Origin: a virus
Virus record (IMG/VR): IMGVR_UViG_3300026522_000007
Location: 1-51,470 of that record
Length of the DNA: 51,470 bases
Direction: 5' to 3' (one strand)
A program made the position numbers and the translations under genes. A model generated the notes under the pieces. That model ran no database searches, was not told where the DNA came from, and saw only the letters and a program-made list of their open reading frames with translations. Shown piece by piece: positions 50,520 to 51,470 of the stretch; the stretch's first letter is position 1, and each line of letters starts with the position of its first letter.

Positions 50520-51470
50520 TTAACACTGACAACCGATAGACCACTCAAATACAATGACTTCATCATTAGAAGTAGCAAGCAACTCACCAGAAGAAATTTC
50601 AGCAGGAGCAAATGCTTTACCAGAAATGAGCATCTTTTCAATGTTATCCAATCTAGCTTCATGCTCGTCAAGCTCTACCTGAATTTTGCCAGCCACATCT
50701 TCACTAAGCTGACCTTTAACATTTTCAAACCACGTAGTAAACTCATTCTGCCACAAATCAATGTGAGATGCATACCACTCATCGTACTCAGCTTTCTGCT
50801 CATTCGTCCAATTTGTGTAGTCATTCTCTTGCAGAGTAACCCATGTAATATACGCCTGCTTTTGCTCAGCCGTCCAGTTCGCATAGTCATTCTCATAGAA
50901 TTGCTTAAACTCATCAAAGTATGATTCGAACTGATTGTACAGGTCCGTAGTATCAATCTGATCAACAACACCGGTAACAAGACCACAAACACTATTGTCG
51001 AGCCTTGTATCTGTTATCTGTGCTTGAGTGATCTTAATTGCACCTGCAGGGATTGAAACCGTTGCCAACTGTAAATCGTAATAGTCTGCACCACGGCTTA
51101 TTGAAGGTGCAACCGGATTGGCACTCGGTGTTCCTTTGATGACCTGAAGCCACATATCTCTTTCAGTCTGTCCCCAACGAAGTACAATCAAATCGATCCT
51201 GGACAGTGCTCCATGTGCAACATCAATGTCCAATGTGTAGGCGTCTGTATTACGGTACCACCATCCATTGATCCACGCCTGCCCACTTCCAACCTTGACC
51301 GACATATTGGCTGTATCCTGAGCGCGAACTTTCAACTGCTGCATTGAACTACCAAATACACCGTTGCCAATAAACGATGCAAAGTAAGCTGCAAACTGTT
51401 CGGCAAGATACACGCGGTCGTATTCCTCACCAACTAACTGTGCGTTAAAAAATCCACATTCCTGAGCCAC
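50520..51470 (-). CDS. Tail fibre protein (gene spans the circular junction; its RBS is at 132..141)
   Basis: 316 aa; GTG at 51470 (=127) with GGAGGTGAGG at 132..141; N-terminal GFFNA...YDRVYLAEQFAAYFASFIGNGVF is typical of Firmicutes phage fibre N-termini; internal 22-aa duplication. Confidence 0.65.
   Translation of the reverse strand: MAQECGFFNAQLVGEEYDRVYLAEQFAAYFASFIGNGVFGSSMQQLKVRAQDTANMSVKVGSGQAWINGWWYRNTDAYTLDIDVAHGALSRIDLIVLRWGQTERDMWLQVIKGTPSANPVAPSISRGADYYDLQLATVSIPAGAIKITQAQITDTRLDNSVCGLVTGVVDQIDTTDLYNQFESYFDEFKQFYENDYANWTAEQKQAYITWVTLQENDYTNWTNEQKAEYDEWYASHIDLWQNEFTTWFENVKGQLSEDVAGKIQVELDEHEARLDNIEKMLISGKAFAPAEISSGELLATSNDEVIVFEWSIGCQC
51344..51470. repeat. Terminal direct repeat, identical to 1..127
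   Basis: Base-by-base identity with the first 127 nt of the window. Confidence 0.95.

Noticed and set aside
1-51470. Integrated prophage with att sites, based on the identical ends
   Set aside because: The 127-bp ends interrupt a gene that is restored by circularisation. No integrase, excisionase or repressor is present, and no host flanking genes are seen. The repeat is best explained as an assembly overlap.

Overview
The window is a complete tailed dsDNA phage genome. Bases 1..127 are identical to 51344..51470, so the unique unit is 51,343 bp and closes on itself. This is probably an assembler overlap marking a circular or circularly permuted genome. Every gene I can support (77 CDS and one tRNA) is on the minus strand. 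Strong AGGAGG-type ribosome-binding sites, an AT-rich composition, a GH25/CHAP/Cpl-7/LysM endolysin and PBSX-like XkdX/XhlA genes point to a low-GC Gram-positive (Firmicutes) host. That host assignment is inference. There is no sheath gene, so morphology is siphovirus-type. I see no integrase or repressor, so the phage is probably virulent. Reading along the minus strand from about 47.9 kb down to 23.2 kb lies the early region. It holds replication and recombination genes: primase, a gp32-like SSB, DnaE-type polymerase, RecA, a Cas4-like nuclease, a RuvC-like resolvase and RNase HI. It also holds a large nucleotide-metabolism set: a dimeric-dUTPase-like enzyme, a deoxyribosyltransferase, an HD hydrolase, two divergent ThyX-like proteins, a dNMP kinase, a SAM methyltransferase and a dCMP deaminase. 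The late region follows from 23.1 kb down to 0.1 kb and wraps through 51.3 kb to 47.9 kb. It starts with a PNP/MTAN-like nucleosidase, a Dam-like protein and ParB. It continues with TerS, TerL, holin and endolysin, portal, head genes, tail genes, fibres, XkdX and XhlA. The main second-look items are: (1) a gp7-type minor head protein fused to a C3/Vip2-type ADP-ribosyltransferase, with an ADP-ribosylglycohydrolase and zinc-ribbon genes on early-type promoters inside the head module; (2) a four-copy intergenic element with helically phased CCAGAAT iterons in inverted orientation around an AT-rich core; (3) nine copies of one near-consensus sigma-A-type promoter cassette; (4) the nucleotide cluster with two non-canonical ThyX paralogues next to a kinase and a SAM methyltransferase; (5) holin and endolysin displaced to between terminase and portal; (6) a GC-rich, DGR-variable-region-like 3' end on a tail-fibre gene followed by a GAAA-loop hairpin, with no reverse transcriptase or template repeat in the genome. 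All functional calls come from motif recognition by eye. No searches were run.
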